A DNA stretch of 64,000 bases from Promethearchaeia archaeon (lineage in GTDB: Archaea; Asgardarchaeota; Lokiarchaeia; Sigyniarchaeales; SOKP01): the NCBI GenBank assembly GCA_029856045.1, contig JAHQWG010000028.1, positions 320,730 through 384,729 on the forward strand, given 5' to 3'. Position numbers and translations under genes: made by a program. Shown here one piece after another: positions 20,477 through 29,702 of the stretch. The notes under the pieces were generated by a model that was not told the DNA's origin, did not search any database, and saw only the letters and a list, made by a program, of their open reading frames with translations. Within the stretch, counting starts at the first letter, position 1, and the number at the start of each line of letters is the position of its first letter.

Positions 20477-21793
20477 TTATTTTTCAATTACATTATCTTT
20501 TTTCAATCCTAATTCTTCCTCAGCATACTTTTTTATTGCCTTCCATTGGCTTTCACTTGTTCCATAATATTTAAAGAGAGCGATACCTAAACCAAAATCG
20601 AAGCCTTTCATTTGTTTTAACATCTCTTCAGTATTACATTCTACGGAATTAGTAATAGATAATACAGGAGTATTACCGAATTCGTGAGCTCGCTTTTTAA
20701 TATTTCTAATAAAATACCAATAGAAAATATCACCTACTTTACCCCAAAACCATCCATCATCTCTAGTTCCCATTAAATATGGATATTCCATAGGTGAGAC
20801 AACATCCAAAATCGTAGATAATTTCTTCCAATCTTGGCCCAATCTTTTCCTTGATAATATTTTTTTTGGTCCAGGAAGACAAAACCATCCTGTGATACAA
20901 TCTTGATTAATAGATTTAATCGTATCTTGCAATTTCTGAGCATATTCTGCAATAGCATTGGTCTTAAAATCAAACCATTCCTTACTATTAATGATTTTTG
21001 CTTTCTCTCCAAATTTCTCATGAAATAATTTAACACAATGATCACAAGCACATAAATCAATAAATGCTCCATTATATCTGATATAATCTGCAAAAAAAGC
21101 TTTAATGGGATAATTTCTTACTATCTCTTTCGTTAGCTCTAGAAGATAATCAATATGTTTGCTATTTGGACACATGAAACTAGTTAAGGGAATATAACCT
21201 TGCCCGCGATTGCCTCTAGAAGCCCCAATCTTTTCATCTATTTTATTTGTTAAGAAGGGGATTTTTTTCTGATATTCCTCAAAAGAAATACCATCTGGTA
21301 AATCAACTCTCATTTCACCTTCATTATGGGTTGATATTTCTCCTTTTTTATATTCTATCCCATGTTTTTTTCCGCTTTTACCGTGAATACTTACTCTTTC
21401 TGGATGTAAATATCCTTGATAAGCATCATTCATTGATGTGAATGAGACCATTAATGTAATATTTCTATCCTTTCCAGCATCACAAAATTCTCCTAAAATG
21501 TCTCGATCAGTAGGATTCCATCCAATATTTGTATCCCAAGTACATGCACCATCAGTGTCTTTAATAACTAAACCAAAAACATTAATATGACACTCTCCTA
21601 ATTTATCCATTACCTCATTTACATTAAGACCATTTTGAGCAAATTGGTAATCTAATTTTCTAAACCCTTTTGGACCTCTAACCGGCATTAATCCCATAGC
21701 GTAAATTTTCTTTACTCCGAAAATTGTTTGTAATTTTTCAATTTTCTTCAAATCCATTGAAAAATATTTTGACCAATCTACTGTTTTTACCAA
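20477..21793 (-). CDS. Glycoside hydrolase-like TIM barrel (GHL10/DUF187-like)
   Basis: DILGEFCDAG, MCPNS, FFADYIRY, CACDHC, LGQDW, VSPMEY. Confidence 0.6.
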   Translation of the reverse strand: MVKTVDWSKYFSMDLKKIEKLQTIFGVKKIYAMGLMPVRGPKGFRKLDYQFAQNGLNVNEVMDKLGECHINVFGLVIKDTDGACTWDTNIGWNPTDRDILGEFCDAGKDRNITLMVSFTSMNDAYQGYLHPERVSIHGKSGKKHGIEYKKGEISTHNEGEMRVDLPDGISFEEYQKKIPFLTNKIDEKIGASRGNRGQGYIPLTSFMCPNSKHIDYLLELTKEIVRNYPIKAFFADYIRYNGAFIDLCACDHCVKLFHEKFGEKAKIINSKEWFDFKTNAIAEYAQKLQDTIKSINQDCITGWFCLPGPKKILSRKRLGQDWKKLSTILDVVSPMEYPYLMGTRDDGWFWGKVGDIFYWYFIRNIKKRAHEFGNTPVLSITNSVECNTEEMLKQMKGFDFGLGIALFKYYGTSESQWKAIKKYAEEELGLKKDNVIEK

Positions 21794-21926
21794 ATTAATC
21801 CTTATTATTTTAAATTTTTAATATATTTATGATATTCGATAGTTAGAACATTTTTTCTTACTACTTTTTTAGATAATTTTGGATCTTTTTCAAAACTTTT
21901 TATTTTTTATAGTGTAATTATTATTA

Positions 21927-23063
21927 ATGAACGCAAACATCACGAGTAATAAGAGTACATTAAGTCAATATTATGAAATTGATGATAGTTATCAACGTTT
22001 TGATGCAAAAAATCATATGATCTATAGACCATTCTGGGACAAAACTTTACCAACTTACAGACAGATGTTTTTTACTAACATTGAAAAACACATTAAATCT
22101 AAGAAAGAAGGATATACACGTTTTGATTTCGCTTTTGTGAAAGCTGGATGGACAATTTATGAAAATTCTCCATTTGCTTTTGCATGGGAAGGAGAGAAAA
22201 TTCATACAATAGATGAATATGGCACAAATTGGACAAGATCCGAACATAATATTGAAAATCTTAATGAATTTACTCAAAAAATTAAAAAAGTTGCAAAGTT
22301 TTATGGAGCATCGCTAGTAGGAATTACAGATATTGACAAAAAATGGATTTATAACACTGATTTAAAAGTAAAAGCATTATCAAAAATAGAAATAGATAAA
22401 AATCGAATTAAATCTACTGAGAATGACGATGCTTTTTCCAAAAAACCCATCTTTTTACCGAAAGGAATTAATAAAGCTATTATAATAGCAATAGAAATGA
22501 ACTCAGATGGATTAGCAACTGCACCTGCACAACCATCCTCAGCATCATCTGCTATTGCGTATTCAAAAATGGCATTTTCAATAGCTTGTGTTGGCGAATT
22601 TATTAGAAATCTTGGGTATAGGGCGATTCAATGTGGTAATGATACTGCTTTAAGCATTCCTCTAGCAATCGATGCAGGTTTAGGCGCTTTAGGAAGATCA
22701 GGCTTATTAATCACTCCTGAATATGGTCCAAGGGTTAGAATTTGTAAAGTTTTTACAGATCTACCTTTAAAATCTGATAAACCGAATTCTAAATTTATTG
22801 AAACAATTAAAGAAACTTGTAGGGATTGTTTTAAATGTGCTGATGCTTGTGAAAATGGTGCAATAACTAAGGATAAAGAGCCGAGCTTTAAAGGAGAATC
22901 ATCTTCAAACAATCCAGGTGTCAAGAAATATTATGTAAATGTCGAAAAATGTTTTGAATTTTGGGTAGAAAATAGCGGTGATTGCGGAAATTGCATTACA
23001 GTATGCCCATTTTCTAAAATTAAAAAATCGATAACACCTAGTGAATTTTGGAATAAAATATAA
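21927..23063 (+). CDS. rdhA: Reductive dehalogenase-domain protein (cobalamin, 2x[4Fe-4S])
   Basis: KVAKFYGASLVGIT, LSIPLAIDAGLGALGRSGLLITPEYGPRVR, VFTDLPL, CRDCFKCADAC, C...CGNCITVCPF. No TAT signal. Confidence 0.8.
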   Translation: MNANITSNKSTLSQYYEIDDSYQRFDAKNHMIYRPFWDKTLPTYRQMFFTNIEKHIKSKKEGYTRFDFAFVKAGWTIYENSPFAFAWEGEKIHTIDEYGTNWTRSEHNIENLNEFTQKIKKVAKFYGASLVGITDIDKKWIYNTDLKVKALSKIEIDKNRIKSTENDDAFSKKPIFLPKGINKAIIIAIEMNSDGLATAPAQPSSASSAIAYSKMAFSIACVGEFIRNLGYRAIQCGNDTALSIPLAIDAGLGALGRSGLLITPEYGPRVRICKVFTDLPLKSDKPNSKFIETIKETCRDCFKCADACENGAITKDKEPSFKGESSSNNPGVKKYYVNVEKCFEFWVENSGDCGNCITVCPFSKIKKSITPSEFWNKI

Positions 23064-23095
23064 AAAGTAAAATGATTTTTAATTGATATTTGTTG

Positions 23096-23151
23096 AGTGA
23101 AAAATTATTAATGTAATTTTCTTATATTTTTTTATTAAATACCAAAATATT
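23096..23151 (+). repeat. Direct repeat copy 1 flanking vapBC
   Basis: Matches 24033-24089 with 2 substitutions and 1 indel. Confidence 0.85.
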
Positions 23152-23271
23152 TATGATATTTAATATTTGAATGATTTTCATATTTTAAGGGAAAAAAAAA
23201 TTTCCGAAAAAAAATATAAATATATGAAAAATATTTATTTAATAGGAAAAATCTTTTAAGGAGAATTATAA

Positions 23272-23517
23272 ATGCAATATATAAAAGTCGGAACGCACGG
23301 AGAGATTATAATAAAGAAGAAATTAAGAGAAAAATTTGGTATAAAACCAGGACAAGAAATAATAGCATTTAACGCCGGAGATCATATTGGCATTATTCCC
23401 GTAAACGGAAACCCCTTTAAAAAATTAAGTGGAAAATATAAATGGAAAGAAACTTCAAAAGAAGCAAAAAAACTTGCAGAAAAAATTGCATTAGAAGAAG
23501 TTAATAAAAGGTTTTAA
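23272..23517 (+). CDS. vapB: AbrB/MazE/SpoVT-family antitoxin
   Basis: KVGTHGEIIIKKKLREKFGIKPG; ends 1 nt before the PIN gene. Confidence 0.85.
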   Translation: MQYIKVGTHGEIIIKKKLREKFGIKPGQEIIAFNAGDHIGIIPVNGNPFKKLSGKYKWKETSKEAKKLAEKIALEEVNKRF

Positions 23518-23518
23518 A

Positions 23519-23932
23519 ATGCCATTGATTGAAACGGATACAATTTATGCTTTACTTAATAGCAATGATAAATATCATAAATTTTCAGAAGAAATTATAA
23601 AAAAAATAATTTCAAATAAATTAGAAGCAATATTTTCTTCTGCTTCTCTTGTTGAATTAGCTTTGATATATAAATCAAAGAATATTGAAAATGAATTTAA
23701 AAATGATTTAATAGAAATCCAAAGAATAAAAAATATTGAATGGGCACCATTAGATGCAATAAATTCATTAACAGCAGCATATCTCAGAGAAACATATCAG
23801 ATTTCATTTTTTGATTCTTTACATGCGGGAATTGCACTAAATTTAGATAATCAAATAATATCACAAGATAAGGGTTATGATCTAATTACTGGCTTGAAAA
23901 GGATTCCATTAACTCATTTTAAGCATGAGTAA
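23519..23932 (+). CDS. vapC: PIN-domain toxin
   Basis: IETDTIYA, SLVEL, FFDSLHAG, ISQDKGYD. Confidence 0.85.
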   Translation: MPLIETDTIYALLNSNDKYHKFSEEIIKKIISNKLEAIFSSASLVELALIYKSKNIENEFKNDLIEIQRIKNIEWAPLDAINSLTAAYLRETYQISFFDSLHAGIALNLDNQIISQDKGYDLITGLKRIPLTHFKHE

Positions 23933-24032
23933 TATTAAATTAGAGAATTTTAATGATATCATCTCATAATTATAAAACTAGGCGCTTGGGTCAATTATTC
24001 TTACTTTTTTATTATAAATAAACGCTTAATTA

Positions 24033-24089
24033 AGTGAAAAATTATTAATTTAATTTTACTTATATTTTTTTACTAAATACCAAAATATT
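24033..24089 (+). repeat. Direct repeat copy 2 flanking vapBC
   Basis: Matches 23096-23151. Confidence 0.85.
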
Positions 24090-24161
24090 GAATTTCTGAA
24101 AATCTATTATTAATAGCATTATTAATTGCTAGATTTTTAAAAAGGGTTTGAGAGTAGGTTT

Positions 24162-24704
24162 ATGACGGAATATAAATATATTTTTAAGGTTGTAATTTTA
24201 GGAGATGCCTCAGTTGGAAAAACTACTCTAACATATAGATTTATAACAGGAGATTTTTTACAAACCCTTAAAAGTTCAATTGGAACTACACTCTATTCTA
24301 AACTTGTGCAATATAAAGGAGATTCAATAAAATTACAAATTTGGGATTTTGCTGGAGAAAAAAGGTTTCGATTTTTATTACCAGGTTACATTGAAGGAGC
24401 TAATGGTGCTTTTTTAATGTATGATATTACAAGTTCAATCTCATTTTCACACCTTCAAGAATGGCTAGATATTGTAAGACAGCAAGAGGGGCATATCCCT
24501 ATAGTGTTAATTGGATCAAAGTTAGATTAAAATAAATACAGAACTGTTAGTAAAGAAGAAGGTCTAAGTGTTGCGAAGCAATTTGGTTTATTTTCATTTA
24601 TTGAGTTAAGCTCAAAATCAGGTAAAAATGTTGAAATTGCAATAGAACAGATGACTAAAATTTTACTGGCAGATACAACCAAAAAAGAGAGGATTCATCT
24701 CTAA
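24162..24704 (+). pseudogene. Rab-like GTPase with an in-frame TAA at 24528-24530
   Basis: GDASVGKT, WDFAGE, GSKLD*, then the same frame continues NKYRTVSKEEG...IELSSKSGKNVE...IHL* to 24704, supplying the G5 region. Confidence 0.8.
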
Positions 24705-25038
24705 ATTTTTTATTGAAGAATTACACTTGTTTTAGTGTTAAGTTTTCGAAAAATTAATATAACTAGTAAATTATCTAAATTGATATAATATAGGAAATAA
24801 GGCAAAATACGGATTGGAATTTAAAGTTAGGGGAAAATATTAAAGAATTATACATATTTTCGGAAGAGAGAATTAATATGCTAAGATTTTTTGATCCAAG
24901 TGGATTTTTTTTTACTCAAAATTAGAATTTATAACTAAATTGAAAGCTATTTTTTACAAAATATTTAAAAATGAATTTTTGATTTATATATGTTAGTACA
25001 AAAAATTTTGTCGGATTAATTTTAGATTCAATAGGGAG

Positions 25039-25558
25039 ATGGATATCACATTCTAGAGGAAATTCTATCTAATTCTCAAAAGAAAATTAGAGAAGAGTAT
25101 AAATCTTTATTTGACTTTTCTTTAGATTTAATTTATGTATATGAATCAGAAGGATATAATATTGATGCAAATGATATTGCATTAACATCTCTTGGATATA
25201 ATTTAGAAGATTTTCAAAAATTATCTCTTAAAGATTTAATAGATAAAGATCAGATCATCACACATATAATGCTATCAAAGAAATTAAAGAAACAGGGAAA
25301 AAATCTTCAAATTTTGAATCCAAACTTAAAACAAAAAGTTGTAATTTCATATATGTCGAAACATATGGAATTCCATTTAAAAAAAATGGGAAAATATATG
25401 CTATTTTAAATGTTGCTCATGATATTACCGAACGTAAGAAGATGGAATAAAAATTAAAAGAATCAGAAGAAAACCTTAAAAAATTAAAAAAAGAATTAGA
25501 ATGGAAAGTAGAGAAAAGACCTAGGGAATTAAAAAAATCTAAAGACACTTTAAAAAAA
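25039..25558 (+). pseudogene. Decayed N-terminal PAS + coiled-coil segment of the downstream histidine kinase
   Basis: EEYKSLFDFSLDLIYVY...DANDIAL in one frame, a frameshift near 25260, then HDITERKKME*KLKESEE with TAA at 25448-25450, in frame with 25559. Confidence 0.75.
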
Positions 25559-27418
25559 TTGAATAAATTATTAGAACAAGAAGTGGAGGAAATGACTAAG
25601 AAATTAAACGAAACCAAAGAAAAATATCAGACCTCATATGAGTATAGTAAAGATGGCATTAGTTTGATAGATACGTATCATGCTAATGAAAGTATAATTA
25701 TGGATTTGAAAAATAGGAAATCAGGAATTGAAATATTAGATGTCATTCCATGGGGTACTCATCTCTGTCTTTTTTACGAAAAAAAAGAAGATTTATTTGA
25801 AATTTTAATACCTTATTTTAAAGCAGGATTAGAGAATAATGAATACTGTATTTGGGTAACTTCAGAACCACTAAATCAAAAAGATGTTGAAATAGGTATA
25901 AGTAAAGCTATACCAAATTTTGAGCAATATCTAAAAAGAAAACAAGTAGAGATAATTCCATATTTTGACTTTTATTTTAAAAATAACGAGTTTGATCTGC
26001 AAAGAGTTCTTTATGAATGGATTGAGAAATTAAAGTACGCCTTAAATGAAGGATATGATGGATTAAGAGTGACTGGGAATACTGCTTGGCTTGAGAAAAA
26101 AGATTGGAAAAGCTTTACTGATTATGAAGCAGAAATAAATAGTGTGATACCATTCCATAAGATGATTGCCATTTGCACTTATGCACTCGAGAAATGTGGA
26201 CCATTTGAATTATTAGATGTTATAAATAATCATCAATTTGCTCTTCTTAGACGGGAGGGCGAGTGGGAGTACTTTAAAAGCATGGAACAAATTAAGGTAG
26301 AACGAAAATTAAAAGAATCCGAAGAAAAATATCGAAATATTCTTGATAATATACAAGAAGGGTATCTTGAAGTAGATCTCAAGGGAAATTATACTTTTGT
26401 GAATGATTATCATTGTTATTTTTTTGGTATTTCGAAAGATGATACGATTGGAAATAATTATGCGGAATTTGTAGATAAAAAACAAAAAAAAAAATTATTC
26501 GAAATTTTCAACAAAGTATATAGAAGAGAAGTTCCCAGTGCAAGATTTGAGATTGAAGCTATTAGATATGACGGGGAGAAACGAATCTATGAGGGTACCT
26601 GTAATTTAAAATTAGATTCTAATGGTAGAAGGATTGGTTTTTATAGTCTTACTCGAGATATTACTGAAAGAAAAGAGGCAGAAAAGTTAATGATAGAGGA
26701 GTTAAATAAACTCACAGAACTTGATCAACTTAGAAGAGATTTTGTATCCAGAGCATCACATGAGTTAAAGACCCCATTAACGTCTATATATAGCGCTACC
26801 CAACTCCTTTTAGAGTTATATAAAGATCAATTAGGAAAAAATGCTTTAGAACTTGTTGAAATGATTGAGAAAGGAGGATATAGGTTGAAAGGATTGGTCG
26901 AAAAATTACTAGATTTTTCACGTATTGAATCAGGAAGATTCCAGTTATATAAGAAAATGGAGAATGCTACTGAGATTATTAGGGATTGTATAAGTAATAT
27001 GGCATATTTAGCAAATAAACGAAATATTATTTTGAATGTGGATCTTCCAGAAACATTTAATATAGAATTAGATAAAGTAAGATTTGAACAAGTTGTTATA
27101 AATTTATTATCAAATGCTATTAAAAACACTCCACCTATTGGTGATATTCAAATTAGTTTAAGCAAACAGAATGGATTTATGGTGTTTTCCGTAAAAGATA
27201 GTGGTGTAGGTCTCACAAGAAGTGAAAGGGGTAAGATTTTCAAAAAATTCGGAAAAATTGAAAGATATGGAAAGGGTTTAGATATAATTCCTGAAGGAGT
27301 CGGTCTCGGGCTTTTTATTTCGAAGGAAATAGTAGAGAATCATGGAGGTAAAATTTTTGTTGAGTCCAAAGGAAGAGATAAGGGTGCAAATTTTATTGTA
27401 AAATTACCTTTTAAATGA
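25559..27418 (+). CDS. Sensor histidine kinase (MEDS-PAS-HisKA-HATPase)
   Basis: PWGTHLCLFY (MEDS), RDITERK (PAC), SHELKTPL, NLLSNAIK, DSGVG, GVGLGL. Confidence 0.9.
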   Translation: MNKLLEQEVEEMTKKLNETKEKYQTSYEYSKDGISLIDTYHANESIIMDLKNRKSGIEILDVIPWGTHLCLFYEKKEDLFEILIPYFKAGLENNEYCIWVTSEPLNQKDVEIGISKAIPNFEQYLKRKQVEIIPYFDFYFKNNEFDLQRVLYEWIEKLKYALNEGYDGLRVTGNTAWLEKKDWKSFTDYEAEINSVIPFHKMIAICTYALEKCGPFELLDVINNHQFALLRREGEWEYFKSMEQIKVERKLKESEEKYRNILDNIQEGYLEVDLKGNYTFVNDYHCYFFGISKDDTIGNNYAEFVDKKQKKKLFEIFNKVYRREVPSARFEIEAIRYDGEKRIYEGTCNLKLDSNGRRIGFYSLTRDITERKEAEKLMIEELNKLTELDQLRRDFVSRASHELKTPLTSIYSATQLLLELYKDQLGKNALELVEMIEKGGYRLKGLVEKLLDFSRIESGRFQLYKKMENATEIIRDCISNMAYLANKRNIILNVDLPETFNIELDKVRFEQVVINLLSNAIKNTPPIGDIQISLSKQNGFMVFSVKDSGVGLTRSERGKIFKKFGKIERYGKGLDIIPEGVGLGLFISKEIVENHGGKIFVESKGRDKGANFIVKLPFK

Positions 27419-27580
27419 AATAATAAAAGGAATAACGTCGATTATAAAGGTAAACAACTATTTTTTTAATTTGGTAAATTAGATAAAATTTAATTAATGA
27501 GGTTTGATAAAAATATATAAACTAGTAGAATTAAGTATATAACTATCTTTTAGTTTATCATTCCAATTTGATCATTTTAA

Positions 27581-28864
27581 GTGAAAAAGATGTCAAATAA
27601 AACAAAATCTGATTTTTCATTTTCAGAAATAGAAAATAAATTAAAATCTAAACCCTTATTCACGCTTATATTTGTCGCAGTATTAATGACTTTATTTTTC
27701 ATCCAAGCTTTAAAGGCATATTTAACAGGATTATATATGGGCATGTATTATGCAGTATTTTCAGGGCAACCAGAATATTATCCCATCCTTCTTACCCTAA
27801 TTTTTTTCTTTTTACCAGCCTTGACCAATACAATTGGCAAGAAGATTGAAAAAAGTCGTTTTATGATTTTTTCTATATATGTCATTACTATCATTAGATT
27901 ATTAATGGCATTTCATCTACCATTTATATGGGAGGTTATCTGTTCGGGACTAATAATCACATTTTACGGCTTTTTTATGAGCACATTCCTTACGCTTTGG
28001 TCAGAAGAAGCTGATAATATTGAACTAAACCATAAAGTAGTAATAATTACATTTTCTATCTTTTGTGCTTTTCTAATTGATTATTTGATTAGAACAATTG
28101 GTTTTTCCCAAGATATTTCATTATTACCACCGGGTTTAATCGCAGATTATTGGTACATAACGCAATATATCTGGTTATTTATTCAAATTCCCTTAAGCTT
28201 TTTTTGTATCTATTTTATGAGATTGCATTTTCCAAGATTTTCTACAAAACCTAAAGAAGAAATAGAAAAAAAAGATAATTTCAGCACTCTTTATTCCCTA
28301 ATCTTTATAGGCTTAGGAATGTTCTTGTTTCTCTTAATTAATCTCTTTCTTTATCCCAACTCAATTGCCCAATATACTGCAACTAGTTATTCTTTTAACA
28401 ATATTTTAAATATAGTTGCACTAATGATTGCGATTTGTATAATACTATTTGTAAACGTAGATTTAATTTCAAATATAAAAATAATAGGTATTCTGAATGG
28501 TTTTATGATTTTGTCTCTGTGTCTATTCCTATTTCTTGGAAAAATTTTAACCTATATTGCAAGTATCCTTATTTCAATTTCTCTCGTAATCATGTATTTA
28601 AATTTCTATTTATTATTGTTCCGATTATTAAAAATAAATTTCAAATGGGAGAAATTAAAAACAATTTCTAATTCTATAACAATTGGACTCGCCTTTTTAG
28701 TTTTATTTATTTTTTTGCATGCCTTTGCAGATGAATGGGCATATACATTTAAATTTTTAAAAGATCTAGGGCCATTCATATTACTGCTAGCAGGAATTAT
28801 TTTTTCTATTTCAACTTGGTTTTCAATTATATTCAAATCAAAAAAGGAGGAGGTAATTAGATGA
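27581..28864 (+). CDS. ~12-TM membrane protein, candidate CWH43/PGAP2IP-type TM region
   Basis: Polytopic. Its stop overlaps the start of the EEP gene (ATGA). Confidence 0.6.
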   Translation: MKKMSNKTKSDFSFSEIENKLKSKPLFTLIFVAVLMTLFFIQALKAYLTGLYMGMYYAVFSGQPEYYPILLTLIFFFLPALTNTIGKKIEKSRFMIFSIYVITIIRLLMAFHLPFIWEVICSGLIITFYGFFMSTFLTLWSEEADNIELNHKVVIITFSIFCAFLIDYLIRTIGFSQDISLLPPGLIADYWYITQYIWLFIQIPLSFFCIYFMRLHFPRFSTKPKEEIEKKDNFSTLYSLIFIGLGMFLFLLINLFLYPNSIAQYTATSYSFNNILNIVALMIAICIILFVNVDLISNIKIIGILNGFMILSLCLFLFLGKILTYIASILISISLVIMYLNFYLLLFRLLKINFKWEKLKTISNSITIGLAFLVLFIFLHAFADEWAYTFKFLKDLGPFILLLAGIIFSISTWFSIIFKSKKEEVIR

Positions 28865-29688
28865 GGAAAAATCATAGAATTATTCTTATATTTTTATTTT
28901 TCATTCCACTGATATTTTCAATTATAATGTTTGGAGTTAGCGAAACACCTGTAGAAAGTTCAACAAAAAATGAATTTACGTTTATGACATATAACATTCA
29001 TTTTGGACAAGGTGAAGATAATTTACTAAATTTTGAACGGTTAGCACAGAACATTTTAGTCGCAGAGCCCGATTTCATTGGACTTCAAGAAGTAGAAAAT
29101 GGTAGAATGACAACTCAAGGGGTAGATATGACATTTTGGTTAGCTAAAAGATTAAATATGTATTACTATTATTACCCTGCAGAAAGTGAACATTCGTTTG
29201 GTTGCGCACTCCTAAGTAAATATCCTATAATATTTAAAATGGGCGAACAGATACCCAGCAATTCTATGAGAAGGGTTTATATCCATTGCGTGGTTGAAGT
29301 AAATAATACACTCCAATTTGATGTATTTGTAACACATCTTGGGATTAGAGCAGAGAATTTAACAAGACAAGTAAATTTTCTCGTCGAAAATATCCAGGAA
29401 GTTTTTATTTCTTCTACAAAACCAAAAATTTTAATGGGAGACTTTAATCTACGTGAGAATTGGACTCATCCAGAAGAATCAATACTTTATCCAATTCATT
29501 ACTATTTTAACAATACCGCTGAAGCAGTTCCTATTGAACAACGAGCAAGAATAGATCATATTTACGCCTCGGGTTATCAAGAGATTCTTGATTACAATAT
29601 ACATAGCGATATGCTCCCCGGAGTTGATACTCCCGCTGAATTTGGTTCTGACCATTTACCTACCGTAGCAACTTTAACTTTTCCTTAA
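28861..29688 (+). CDS. Membrane-anchored endonuclease/exonuclease/phosphatase (EEP), CWH43-like
   Basis: N-terminal TM; TYNIHFG, GLQEV, GCALLSKYPI, VTHL, MGDFN, IDHI, SDHLP. SD GGAGGAGGT upstream. Confidence 0.85.
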   Translation: MRKNHRIILIFLFFIPLIFSIIMFGVSETPVESSTKNEFTFMTYNIHFGQGEDNLLNFERLAQNILVAEPDFIGLQEVENGRMTTQGVDMTFWLAKRLNMYYYYYPAESEHSFGCALLSKYPIIFKMGEQIPSNSMRRVYIHCVVEVNNTLQFDVFVTHLGIRAENLTRQVNFLVENIQEVFISSTKPKILMGDFNLRENWTHPEESILYPIHYYFNNTAEAVPIEQRARIDHIYASGYQEILDYNIHSDMLPGVDTPAEFGSDHLPTVATLTFP

Positions 29689-29702
29689 AAAGGAATAAAA
29701 AT

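Noticed and set aside
23933-24089. Integron attC site after vapC
   Set aside because: No RYYYAAC/GTTRRRY-bounded imperfect palindrome and no integrase; the repeat is direct.
24528-25450. TAA stop-codon reassignment or readthrough suggested by two nearby in-frame TAAs
   Set aside because: The two sites imply different residues (Leu versus probably Gln/Glu), one gene also has a frameshift, and TAA is the normal stop throughout the window.
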